From Mogibacterium sp. (GTDB taxonomy: Bacteria > Bacillota > Clostridia > Peptostreptococcales > Anaerovoracaceae), in the NCBI GenBank assembly GCA_017434025.1, contig JAFRGC010000006.1, positions 1,454 through 65,453 on the forward strand: DNA of 64,000 bases, given 5' to 3'. Shown in pieces: positions 19,090 to 27,273 of the stretch. The position numbers and the translations under genes were made by a program. The notes beneath the pieces are model-generated. The model did not search any database. It was given only the letters and a program-made list of their open reading frames with translations, and had not been told where the DNA came from. Every line of letters starts with the position of its first letter. Within the stretch, counting starts at the first letter, position 1.

Positions 19090-19097
19090 ATTATACA
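19090..19097 (-). promoter_or_regulatory. Extended -10 element (TGTATAAT) 6 nt upstream of the flippase ATG
   Basis: The minus-strand sequence is TGTATAAT-ACTGAC-ATG. No Shine-Dalgarno is present, which suggests a leaderless mRNA. Confidence 0.3.
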
Positions 19098-19138
19098 ACG
19101 AAAAGCGTCTCCTCTGCAGTCAATACATAGGAGACGCT
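19097..19138 (-). terminator. Terminator after the 19161-20528 gene
   Basis: A 9-bp stem AGCGTCTCC / GGAGACGCT with a 17-nt loop, followed on the minus strand by TTTTCGTT. Confidence 0.5.
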
Positions 19139-19160
19139 ATGTTTTAACAAATGAACTATT

Positions 19161-20528
19161 CTAGAAGAATATGACTGCCGTATTCAGAGGTACATGAGTG
19201 AAGATCCATTTCGCATGATCATTGGTGTTCCTTACGCATGCGCCTGACTTAGGATATCCGAGCGCCCACTTCTTGTTCTTGCCGTGCAGTGAATATACGT
19301 TGCATACATTCCAGTATGCGATTCCGTGATTGCTCTTCATCCTGCGGGAGATCTTAGTCATACCGTTAGCAGTCGGCGATGAAGGCTTTCCGGAGGATAC
19401 CTGCCAGCCGCCCTTGTTGACTACTTTCCATTTTCCCTTGCTGCCGGAGAAGATATACAGTCTCTGTGTGTAGCCGCTTGTCCAGATCAGGTAATTCTTC
19501 GAGCTGGTCAGGCCTCTTCTGTTGACATAGGACTCTGCTTCTGCATCAGTGTAAACCAGTTTGTTATTGATCCTCGCTACGCCGTGAGCCTTGGTACGGA
19601 CTCTGTTGGCGTAATAATAGCTGCCATTGTACCAGAATCTGTACTGTCCTCTCTGGAAGGCATCCGCAACTATCACCTGATTCTTAGCAAACGGTGTGTT
19701 CGAACGGCTGATTCCGCCATGGCTGGTCAGCTTGCAGGCTGCCTTGAACTTGAATGAATAGCACAGTGGTCTTACTGCCTCATCGTTGCGGGACGCGAAG
19801 GTCCTTGACAGCTGGCCATTCAGTTTGGCGAAGATCCTGAAGTAGTATCTCTTTTCCAGTGACTGTACAGCAACAGGGAATGTATAGGTCAGCGTATCTC
19901 CGCTCGGGACGATGATCTTATTGCTGTAAGGTCCGGATGCGCTGGTGCTCCAGTAGATAACATAGCTGTCTGCATTGGAGACCTTGCCCCAGTTCAGAAT
20001 GATCGCATTAAAGCTCGATAAAGTTGAGAACTTCGTAACACTCCAAGGTCTCTGCGGAGGTGTTGTGTACTCGACCGGATCGGTGCTGGCGACAACTTCG
20101 CCTTCTACCTGGAGTTCAACACGGAATGTATAAGTGGTCTTAAATGCAAGGCCTTCTGCAGTATAAGATGTAGCGTCTGTGACTCTGGCGATCTCTGCTT
20201 CATCCTGGTAAACAACGAACACTGCGCCTTCAGCAGGAGCAGGTTCTACCGCCCATGTAAGATCTGCCTTGGTATCATTGTTGCCAAGTGCCACTTTGAA
20301 ATCTGTGAATGCAGGCTGTGGCTCTGGATCCGGTTCACCAGGAGTCTCTGGATCACCAGCTGCTCTGAGTACCGGTGCTGCCTCCTGTGCTGTGAGAACT
20401 TCAGCCTCATTATCGTTTGACTCAACAACCGCATCATCTGTTGCTGTGCCTTCGGCGAATGCGAATGCCGGCATATATGCCACCACCATCATTGCCATCA
20501 AAAGTATTGCCATTAATCTTTTCTTCAT
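19161..20528 (-). CDS. Secreted L,D-transpeptidase (YkuD domain) with two FN3-like modules
   Basis: Signal peptide MKKRLMAILLMAMMVVAYMPAFAFA. FN3-like segments DLTWAVEP..VFVVYQ and ILNWGKVSNADSYVIYW. The C-terminal YkuD signature is LHG...SGACVRNTNDHAKWIF (His and Cys). Confidence 0.75.
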   Translation of the reverse strand: MKKRLMAILLMAMMVVAYMPAFAFAEGTATDDAVVESNDNEAEVLTAQEAAPVLRAAGDPETPGEPDPEPQPAFTDFKVALGNNDTKADLTWAVEPAPAEGAVFVVYQDEAEIARVTDATSYTAEGLAFKTTYTFRVELQVEGEVVASTDPVEYTTPPQRPWSVTKFSTLSSFNAIILNWGKVSNADSYVIYWSTSASGPYSNKIIVPSGDTLTYTFPVAVQSLEKRYYFRIFAKLNGQLSRTFASRNDEAVRPLCYSFKFKAACKLTSHGGISRSNTPFAKNQVIVADAFQRGQYRFWYNGSYYYANRVRTKAHGVARINNKLVYTDAEAESYVNRRGLTSSKNYLIWTSGYTQRLYIFSGSKGKWKVVNKGGWQVSSGKPSSPTANGMTKISRRMKSNHGIAYWNVCNVYSLHGKNKKWALGYPKSGACVRNTNDHAKWIFTHVPLNTAVIFF

Positions 20529-20639
20529 ATCCAGCTCCCTTCAATTATCTTGTTCAAGTTGGATAACTCCAAACAATCTATAGTATATATTATTAGGTTG
20601 GTGAATTAATCTGCCAATAATAACGACACTATTCACTTT

Positions 20640-20669
20640 ATTCTATATGTATTTCGTTAAAAGAATCAA
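20640..20669 (-). promoter_or_regulatory. Candidate sigma-A promoter for the 19161-20528 gene
   Basis: The minus strand reads TTGATT-N18-TAGAAT, about 110 nt upstream of the start codon. Confidence 0.3.
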
Positions 20670-20729
20670 TAAGTTTTTGGCGAAAAATATTTTTTCGTTT
20701 TTTCGTAATCTGTTTCATCCATTTCGGAA

Positions 20730-22466
20730 CTACTGCTGTGGTTCTCTGACGACCTTGTACAGACCCTTGTCTCCTACCTCGCCGAGCTTCACGAACCGGA
20801 TGGTCGTGCCTTCTTCCGCATACCACTTGTTGTAATACTCAGCCAGCCTCTTCTGTTTGGCCCTTCCCAGATAAATGGCATTATCGTTGTCGATCAGGTC
20901 ACCGACGAGATTGGTCATGCCGTACTCCGCCAGCTGCTCCAGCTCGTAAGGCGCAAGCGTTCCCCATCCGCCTGTTCCAGTTGCGTTTCTCTCGACAACA
21001 GGGACTTTGAGCGGTGTCAGATAGCTCGGATGGCGCTTCTTGCTGCCTGTCGTGCACACATAGAAAGTGTCCTCATGATCAATGTAGAACTGTGTCATCT
21101 CATCGGACTGGATCTTGTCCCGGATATTGCTGCTCTGATTTATCAGATTCTCTCTGGCAGGAACGAACAGCACGCATACTGCTGCGGTCGCCAGCAGGCA
21201 GACCAGGATACCGAATATGCGGCCTTTGCTCTTGCCCCATCTCTCCTCGCGCTGCGCCAGCACGTACAGCATCCACATCGTGGCACTGACATCCATGACG
21301 TAGAACGCCCGGTACTGTGCTCTGCCCAGATAGAAGATCAGCACATACATGCCTGCGGCAGCAGCCCCTATGAAAATCATGTACCACCACGCGCCTGGTC
21401 TCACGGTAAGAAGGATATATATACTCAGCACGATAAGAATGGCTATGTGCATTGCGGTAAATCCGCGATCCTTCGCTGATGAAACGACTCTGCTCGCGAA
21501 CTGTTTTGCCGCTTTTACTACAGAGCGGTCTCTCACTACGCATGGATAGTTGATCTCGTTGATCTTGACGAGATTGTCGTAGGATGCAGCTCCGTCATAG
21601 TCGAGGAACCAGTGCGACACCAGATATACATCGTTCTCGCTCAGACCGATCGCGTCGTATTTGTCACTGTTCTCTTCATAATATTCATACAGCGGATAAT
21701 CTGTGATCTTGACGCGCTCTGCCTGATACTCTCTGTAAGCCTTGAGCTCCGGTGTGCTCGCGTTCATCTTATCCGACATTTTGTCAATGCCATACGGGGC
21801 GACGGCCAGCGCTGCTATCACGATGAACAGCAGGATCTCTGCGATCACCGAACGTCCCTCATAGAACTCTTTGCGGTTACGGAAGAACCATATGATCATG
21901 AAGATCCCCGCAAAAGCCAGTGACGGGAACATTCCTCTCTCCCGATAGCCCACGCCGATATAGAACAGGAAGATCGCCGCCAGAAATCCTAAGATACTGC
22001 GGTTATGCGTATAAGTGTCGGCAAGTACGATCAGGCCGGCTGCCATGAGCAGAGCAGATGTTTTGGTAAACTGCAGACTGCTGTAGTGATCCAGTGAGTA
22101 GAAAGCGATCACGACTGCAGCCAGAATTCCGTCAACGGCAGTCACGCGATTGTCCAGATAGACTTTGAGAAGAGCAGTGAAAGAGAGGAAAGACATCACG
22201 ATCTGCGAAAGCACGAAAACATTGATCCCTGTCAGATATTTCTGGATGAATATCAGCGCTTCACAGAGATAATAATTGACAAATCCTATATAAGGAAATC
22301 CATCTGCGATCTTGGCAGCTATGCCAAACTCATCGTTCGTCTCATACATCAGATCTGTGAAAATGAAGACTGCCGCGAGTATCGCCGCGTTGATGATCAG
22401 CGATATCAGCAGACTGTAATTATGCTCCTTCTCTGTACTGTAATGTGCTCCTTCGATTCTGGCCAT
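20730..22466 (-). CDS. Uncharacterised polytopic membrane protein with a central loop and a C-terminal soluble domain (possible polymerase/ligase/GT-C-like)
   Basis: I prefer the start at MARIEG (GAAAGGA Shine-Dalgarno). There are about 8 TM segments, a roughly 100-aa hydrophilic loop, about 4 more TM segments, then a roughly 140-aa soluble tail. I recognise no family motif. Confidence 0.4.
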   Translation of the reverse strand: MARIEGAHYSTEKEHNYSLLISLIINAAILAAVFIFTDLMYETNDEFGIAAKIADGFPYIGFVNYYLCEALIFIQKYLTGINVFVLSQIVMSFLSFTALLKVYLDNRVTAVDGILAAVVIAFYSLDHYSSLQFTKTSALLMAAGLIVLADTYTHNRSILGFLAAIFLFYIGVGYRERGMFPSLAFAGIFMIIWFFRNRKEFYEGRSVIAEILLFIVIAALAVAPYGIDKMSDKMNASTPELKAYREYQAERVKITDYPLYEYYEENSDKYDAIGLSENDVYLVSHWFLDYDGAASYDNLVKINEINYPCVVRDRSVVKAAKQFASRVVSSAKDRGFTAMHIAILIVLSIYILLTVRPGAWWYMIFIGAAAAGMYVLIFYLGRAQYRAFYVMDVSATMWMLYVLAQREERWGKSKGRIFGILVCLLATAAVCVLFVPARENLINQSSNIRDKIQSDEMTQFYIDHEDTFYVCTTGSKKRHPSYLTPLKVPVVERNATGTGGWGTLAPYELEQLAEYGMTNLVGDLIDNDNAIYLGRAKQKRLAEYYNKWYAEEGTTIRFVKLGEVGDKGLYKVVREPQQ

Positions 22467-22645
22467 TGATCCTGTCCTTTCTTCCCTATGATACATGCAT
22501 TTTACCATTGAACAGCGGACCGCCGCAAGGAACCTCACTGTCTGTTCATGCAGCAGCCTGCTGCAGCGACCGTATATTAATAGGTAATTAAAGGTTGCGA
22601 AGGGGCGTTGAACATAATAGAATGACTATGAATGAGGTGAAAAAC

Positions 22646-23653
22646 ATGAAATATTCTATAGTAATACCTTGCTACAAGTCTGCCCATACGATCCGGCAGG
22701 TGGTCGAAGAGACGAGCGCAGAGCTGGAGAGGATCGGCCGTACTCCATACGAATTTGTGCTTGTGGACGATTTCTCGCCGGATGAAGGCAACACAGTCCG
22801 TGAGCTCCGCGCGCTTGCGGAAGAGTACGACTTTGTCACATCGATCGCTTTGGCACACAATGTCGGACAGCATAACGCTCTGATCGCCGGGCTCAATTAT
22901 GCAGAGGGCGATATCATCGTTTTCATGGATGATGACATGCAGACGCATCCGTCGCAGCTGGATAAGCTGATCAGCGCTCTGGATGAAGACCATGATGTCG
23001 TCTACGGATATTATCCGGAGAAGAAGCACTCCGGTTTCCGCAGATTCGGTTCCTGGTTCACGCATATGAGTGTCCGTGTCCTGATCGGCAAGCCTAAAGA
23101 CATGAAGACTTCGAGCTACCTCTGCATGAAGAAATATGTCAGAGACTATATCATCCAGTATCCGGCTCACTACACGCAGATGCAGGGACTGATCCTGCGC
23201 ACAGTCGCTCCGTCACGTATCGCGAGTGTTCCTATACAGCATTTTGACAGAGCATACGGTGAGTCAGGTTACACGATCAAGAAGCTGCTGAGCTTATGGT
23301 CTAACATAGCAGGATTCTCTATCGTTCCGCTCCGTTTCGCACAGAGATTCGGTGTCTTTACCACCCTGTGCGGAGTTCTTGGCCTGATATGGCTGCTGGT
23401 ACGCAAACTCATCAGCAAGACCAAGATCCTCGGCTGGACATCCACGATGATGACCATCATCATTTTCTCAGGCATTATCCTTGTGACTCTCGGTGTTGTC
23501 GGCGAATACGTCGGCCGGATGTTCCTCACCATGGGCAATTACCCGCAGTTCGTCGTGCGGGAGATCTATAAGAGCGAGCCGGAGAAGACTGGCGCCGGCC
23601 CTTCAGCCGGCCCGGCTGCAGACGCCTCGTCCGGTCCCGGATCGGAGGCCTAA
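22646..23653 (+). CDS. GT2 polyprenyl-phosphate glycosyltransferase (GtrB/CsbB/ArnC-like)
   Basis: GAGGTG Shine-Dalgarno, then MKYSIVIPCYKS. Contains VDDFSPD and a DDD acidic motif (MDDDMQTHP), and two C-terminal TM helices ending GEYVGRMF..YPQFVV. This is typical of C55-P-sugar synthases. Confidence 0.8.
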   Translation: MKYSIVIPCYKSAHTIRQVVEETSAELERIGRTPYEFVLVDDFSPDEGNTVRELRALAEEYDFVTSIALAHNVGQHNALIAGLNYAEGDIIVFMDDDMQTHPSQLDKLISALDEDHDVVYGYYPEKKHSGFRRFGSWFTHMSVRVLIGKPKDMKTSSYLCMKKYVRDYIIQYPAHYTQMQGLILRTVAPSRIASVPIQHFDRAYGESGYTIKKLLSLWSNIAGFSIVPLRFAQRFGVFTTLCGVLGLIWLLVRKLISKTKILGWTSTMMTIIIFSGIILVTLGVVGEYVGRMFLTMGNYPQFVVREIYKSEPEKTGAGPSAGPAADASSGPGSEA

Positions 23654-23692
23654 CGTCTTCTATTGATTCACATCCACAGTTGACATAATTAC

Positions 23693-23728
23693 AACCGCAT
23701 CGTCGATCCCGGCATGCGGTTTTGTTTT
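23693..23728 (+). terminator. Rho-independent terminator after the plus-strand GT2 gene
   Basis: Stem AACCGCAT / ATGCGGTT followed by TTGTTTTG. Confidence 0.6.
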
Positions 23729-23762
23729 GCACAAGGCCTGCCGGCACTCAACAAAATGAAAT

Positions 23763-23798
23763 AAAGAGTCAGGAATCGTTATCCTCCTGACTCTTTTT
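23763..23798. terminator. Bidirectional terminator between convergent genes
   Basis: A 12-bp stem AAAGAGTCAGGA / TCCTGACTCTTT with a 10-nt loop. It is flanked by T-rich sequence when read on either strand. Confidence 0.75.
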
Positions 23799-23874
23799 CA
23801 TCTATTTCTCTATTGAGTGATCTTGTACTTCTGCCCGGCCAGCCCGGCCTGTCTCACACTATCAGTTCAGGACA

Positions 23875-24765
23875 TCAGGCTTTCATCTCTGCTACTGCTG
23901 CTTCCATATCCAGCGGCTCGTACCCCAGCTGCTCTCTGAGTACTGTGATGTCCATGCAGGATGACCGGATGGTCTCCGGCGTTGCATCGTCGTAATTGAT
24001 TGGGGTCGGATTGCTGTAGACACGGTTGACGATCTGCGCGATCTCCAGGTTGGAGTACGCGTTTGGCATGCCGGCATTGACGATGAGCCTGTCCGACGGC
24101 TCCCTTGCAGCCAGCTTCGTCAGTATCCTCACCAGATCTTTGACATAGAGATATTGCCTCTTCGCCACGCTCTTTCCGATCACTTTGATCTCGCCGCCTG
24201 CTGCTGCTGTGTCGAGGAAAACGTTCATCATTGCGCGTCTCCTCTCGCCTGCTCCGAGGACCTGTGCGATCCTGACGATACCGTACCCAAACCCGGATTC
24301 TTCCGCGTACTGCTGTATCAGCTCCTCGCACCTGATCTTGGAGTTGCCGTACATCGTGCGGCCTTTGAGCGGGGTGTCTTCGCTCCACGGGATCAGATCC
24401 ACATCGTCATACACCGAGATCGTCGACGCGAAAACGATCCGCCCGACTCCATCCGATACCATCGCTTTGAGGATATTCTCTGTGATCTGCTCATTGATCA
24501 CATAATCATCCGGGTTGCTTGTCGTCCCCCGGACTCCTGCAAGGTGGATGACCACATCCGCTCCTGCAAGCGCTGTCCTGAGGCTCTCTTCGGAAAAATC
24601 CGTGGCTCGCCACTCACAGCTCATATCTCCACACGAAGAAGAATCCGCCTGCGCGGATCCCCCTCTTGTAAGTCCTATGATACTGATCTCATCTTCATGA
24701 CTGCCGATATACTCAAGCAGCTCTGTTCCTATAAACCCGCTGGCTCCGGTCACTGCGATTCTCAT
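23875..24765 (-). CDS. NAD-dependent epimerase/dehydratase family SDR
   Basis: MRIAVTGASGFIGTEL Rossmann motif and YGNSKIRCE (YxxxK). AGGAG lies 10 nt upstream of the ATG at 24765. Substrate unknown. Confidence 0.75.
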   Translation of the reverse strand: MRIAVTGASGFIGTELLEYIGSHEDEISIIGLTRGGSAQADSSSCGDMSCEWRATDFSEESLRTALAGADVVIHLAGVRGTTSNPDDYVINEQITENILKAMVSDGVGRIVFASTISVYDDVDLIPWSEDTPLKGRTMYGNSKIRCEELIQQYAEESGFGYGIVRIAQVLGAGERRRAMMNVFLDTAAAGGEIKVIGKSVAKRQYLYVKDLVRILTKLAAREPSDRLIVNAGMPNAYSNLEIAQIVNRVYSNPTPINYDDATPETIRSSCMDITVLREQLGYEPLDMEAAVAEMKA

Positions 24766-24798
24766 CAGATCCTTACTCCTCATCTGCGGCGCATACGC

Positions 24799-26121
24799 CT
24801 ACTTCACATTGCATACAAAGCATCTCTGCTTGCCTGTCTTCTCCGGCGGCAGCTCATCCAGCCACTCGATCGTGATCCTGAACTCATCGCCGTAGAGCTT
24901 GGTGACCTCAGTGATAAATCTGTCTTCGATCTGCTCCTTGGTCATCGACTTGTTGAACGGATCGGCTACCAGCTGGATCTTCATATCGTGGTAAGTTTCC
25001 TCAATAAATCTGAACTGCGACAGTCCGACTGTGTGGTTTGCGATCCTCATGAGCTGGAGCGCTGAAGAATCTGCACCTCCCTCATGCTTGACGAGGTCGT
25101 TCATACGGCCTTCGATCGCAGTGAAATATCTGATGCCGTCCTTGACATAGGATTTGCCGAGGTCGAGAGTTTCGTAGTTGATCAGCGGATAGGTCTGCTT
25201 GTAAAGCGATGTTACGAGAATGCGCCCGTCATCCGCCAGTTCGTTCTTATCGTTATAGACATTGGCGACCGCAATGTCGTTCGCGACGACACGGTAGCCT
25301 TTGCCCGGGAATTCATAGATAAAGCTGCCCATCTCGGATACTCCGTACGCGTCGATGAGTCCTGGCCCGAGCGCTTTGGCAAGCATCTTGCGGGTAACAT
25401 CATCGACCATCTCACTGATCGGCGCGTAGAATTTCGGCTTCCAGACATCGAACTTGTGGGCCTCTGCATAAGCGACCATCCTGACCATGACGTTGCGGCG
25501 CAGGCAGATCAGGTCCGGTTTGTACTCGTTGATGTCCTTGATCAGATCCGCGATACCGTCACCGACGATGTGGTCTTCACCGACGACTTTGCGCCTCATC
25601 AGGCCAAACTTCTGTACGATCGAGTCTCTGTCTTTCTTCCTCGGGCCTTTGTGGCTCGTCGAGAAGGAATACATCTTACCTCTCAGCGGCTTGTATCCTG
25701 CCGATGCCAGTGCTCTCGCCCAGTTCGCGTCGCTGCAGGCCTGCTCCTTCTGTGTATAGAGCATCTTGAGCGGTGTGCCCGACGATCCGCTGGTGCTGAG
25801 GATGTTGATATCCTTCTGCTTATCCGGATGATCGTCCCATTCGTGCTGCATCCACAGGCGCAGCTCCGGTTTGGTGAGCGGCGGGAACTTGACCAGATCT
25901 TCACTGCAGTGATAATCGTCCGGTGTCGTGCCCGACTGTTCGAACTTCTCTCTGTAGAAAGGGATCTTGTAAGCCTTCTTCATCAGCTTGTGGATCCTTC
26001 TGTTCTGGTCCTTCTTGATCTTCTTAGGATCTCCGTCCAGATTCCTGCTGAGTGTCAGCAGATACCATACGGTGTATACATTCTTGAGTTTCTTCTGCAG
26101 ACTCATTTGCGCAACCCCCAT
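24799..26121 (-). CDS. Adenylate-forming enzyme, phenylacetate-CoA ligase / CapK / F390-synthetase-like
   Basis: Contains STSGSSGTPLKM (the SSGTTG-like AMP-binding loop), and the length and order match PaaK/CapK proteins. The start is ambiguous: ATG at 26121, two nt after the upstream stop, or ATG at 26106. Confidence 0.7.
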   Translation of the reverse strand: MGVAQMSLQKKLKNVYTVWYLLTLSRNLDGDPKKIKKDQNRRIHKLMKKAYKIPFYREKFEQSGTTPDDYHCSEDLVKFPPLTKPELRLWMQHEWDDHPDKQKDINILSTSGSSGTPLKMLYTQKEQACSDANWARALASAGYKPLRGKMYSFSTSHKGPRKKDRDSIVQKFGLMRRKVVGEDHIVGDGIADLIKDINEYKPDLICLRRNVMVRMVAYAEAHKFDVWKPKFYAPISEMVDDVTRKMLAKALGPGLIDAYGVSEMGSFIYEFPGKGYRVVANDIAVANVYNDKNELADDGRILVTSLYKQTYPLINYETLDLGKSYVKDGIRYFTAIEGRMNDLVKHEGGADSSALQLMRIANHTVGLSQFRFIEETYHDMKIQLVADPFNKSMTKEQIEDRFITEVTKLYGDEFRITIEWLDELPPEKTGKQRCFVCNVK

Positions 26122-26123
26122 TT

Positions 26124-27251
26124 CTAGACCAGATTGCCGGTCTTGCGGATCACATATCCGCACTTCTCGATAAAGCCATTGATCTTGAGCACTCTGTCTC
26201 CGTCAGCGTAGTAGTAGCAGGTATACTCTGCGCCATCTGTATCGAAATCCGCTTTCGCAAACTTTGCGTTCGATTCCTTGCTCATGAATTTCAGACTGTA
26301 TTCCACAGAGGACTGTGGATACTCATCGTCGAGCACGGATTCCCCTTCCAGCAGATGCCTGAAGCACGCATCCAGCAGATCCGCGCCACAGTAGTGTTTG
26401 ATCAGATTCCACATGTGACATCCATCAAGTCTCGGTGTCACTTCGATAATGTATGGCTCAGTGCTGTCTTTAAGTTTGATCTGGAAATACGCCGGTCCGT
26501 CGGTGATCCCCAGCTTGTCTGCGATCCTGCGGGCAAGATCGACAGTCTTTTCTTTGGTTTCTTCATCTGCGAACGACGAAGGTACGCGGTGCTCCTTGAT
26601 GATCCCTCCCGGATATTCGTCGAAAGCGTAACGGTCACTGACTACGGCAATCTTCATCTCACCGTTCTGCATGTACGCATTGACCGAGATCTCCGGTCCG
26701 TCGATGAACTCTTCGATTATGACTTTGCCATCGATCGAGTAGTCAAGGGATGCGGCAAAATTCGCTTTGATATCTTCCGCCGAATCCACACGGAAGCAGC
26801 CTCTCTGCCCCTGCGAGTCCACCGGCTTCATCATTCCAGGGAATCTGTCGTACTGCAGCGCCTCTTCAAGCGTGCTGCATACCATGAACGCTGCATTTCC
26901 CTTGAAATCGCTCCCCAATGCTTCACGCATGAGATTCTTGGAGTGGCACACCTCGGCTGTCTTCGATGATATGAAATGCGGCAGACCGAGAATCTCGCTT
27001 GCCTTCATGACGGTAGGCATTGCCAGATCGGACCCGATCGAATAGATCGCGGCTACTTCGTACTTGGTCGCCAGTGCCATGACCCCTTCGATACTCTTGA
27101 TGTCCACCTGCTCGAAGTAGTCAAGATGCGGGATCCCGCAGTCTACAGTCGTATAGCTGCAGCCTACGACTTCATATCCATGCGCTTTACAGTATTCTAT
27201 TGCATCTATCTGAGCGTTTCCCGCGCCCAGGATCAATACTCTTTTCTTCAT
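26124..27251 (-). CDS. ATP-grasp domain ligase (paralog 1)
   Basis: N-terminal pre-ATP-grasp fold MKKRVLILGAGNAQIDAIEYCK. The central K-containing segment is PGMMKPVDSQGQRG, followed by VIIEEFIDGPEISV and EVTPRLDG. Confidence 0.75.
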   Translation of the reverse strand: MKKRVLILGAGNAQIDAIEYCKAHGYEVVGCSYTTVDCGIPHLDYFEQVDIKSIEGVMALATKYEVAAIYSIGSDLAMPTVMKASEILGLPHFISSKTAEVCHSKNLMREALGSDFKGNAAFMVCSTLEEALQYDRFPGMMKPVDSQGQRGCFRVDSAEDIKANFAASLDYSIDGKVIIEEFIDGPEISVNAYMQNGEMKIAVVSDRYAFDEYPGGIIKEHRVPSSFADEETKEKTVDLARRIADKLGITDGPAYFQIKLKDSTEPYIIEVTPRLDGCHMWNLIKHYCGADLLDACFRHLLEGESVLDDEYPQSSVEYSLKFMSKESNAKFAKADFDTDGAEYTCYYYADGDRVLKINGFIEKCGYVIRKTGNLV

Positions 27252-27273
27252 TACTATCTTTCCTGTTGTTTTT

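Noticed and set aside
20529-20729. 200-bp AT-rich spacer with 62-aa ORFs on both strands and an A/T-only palindrome (CGAAAAAATATTTTTCG)
   Set aside because: The ORFs lack Shine-Dalgarno sites and overlap the end of the upstream gene. The palindrome is almost pure A/T, so it would be a very weak hairpin. Only a tentative promoter was retained.
24154-26127. Plus-strand ORFs of 303 aa and 347 aa
   Set aside because: They are antisense to the SDR and CapK-like genes. They are Arg/Leu/Asp-rich with no motifs, and the coding signal (Shine-Dalgarno sites, start-stop coupling) belongs to the minus strand.
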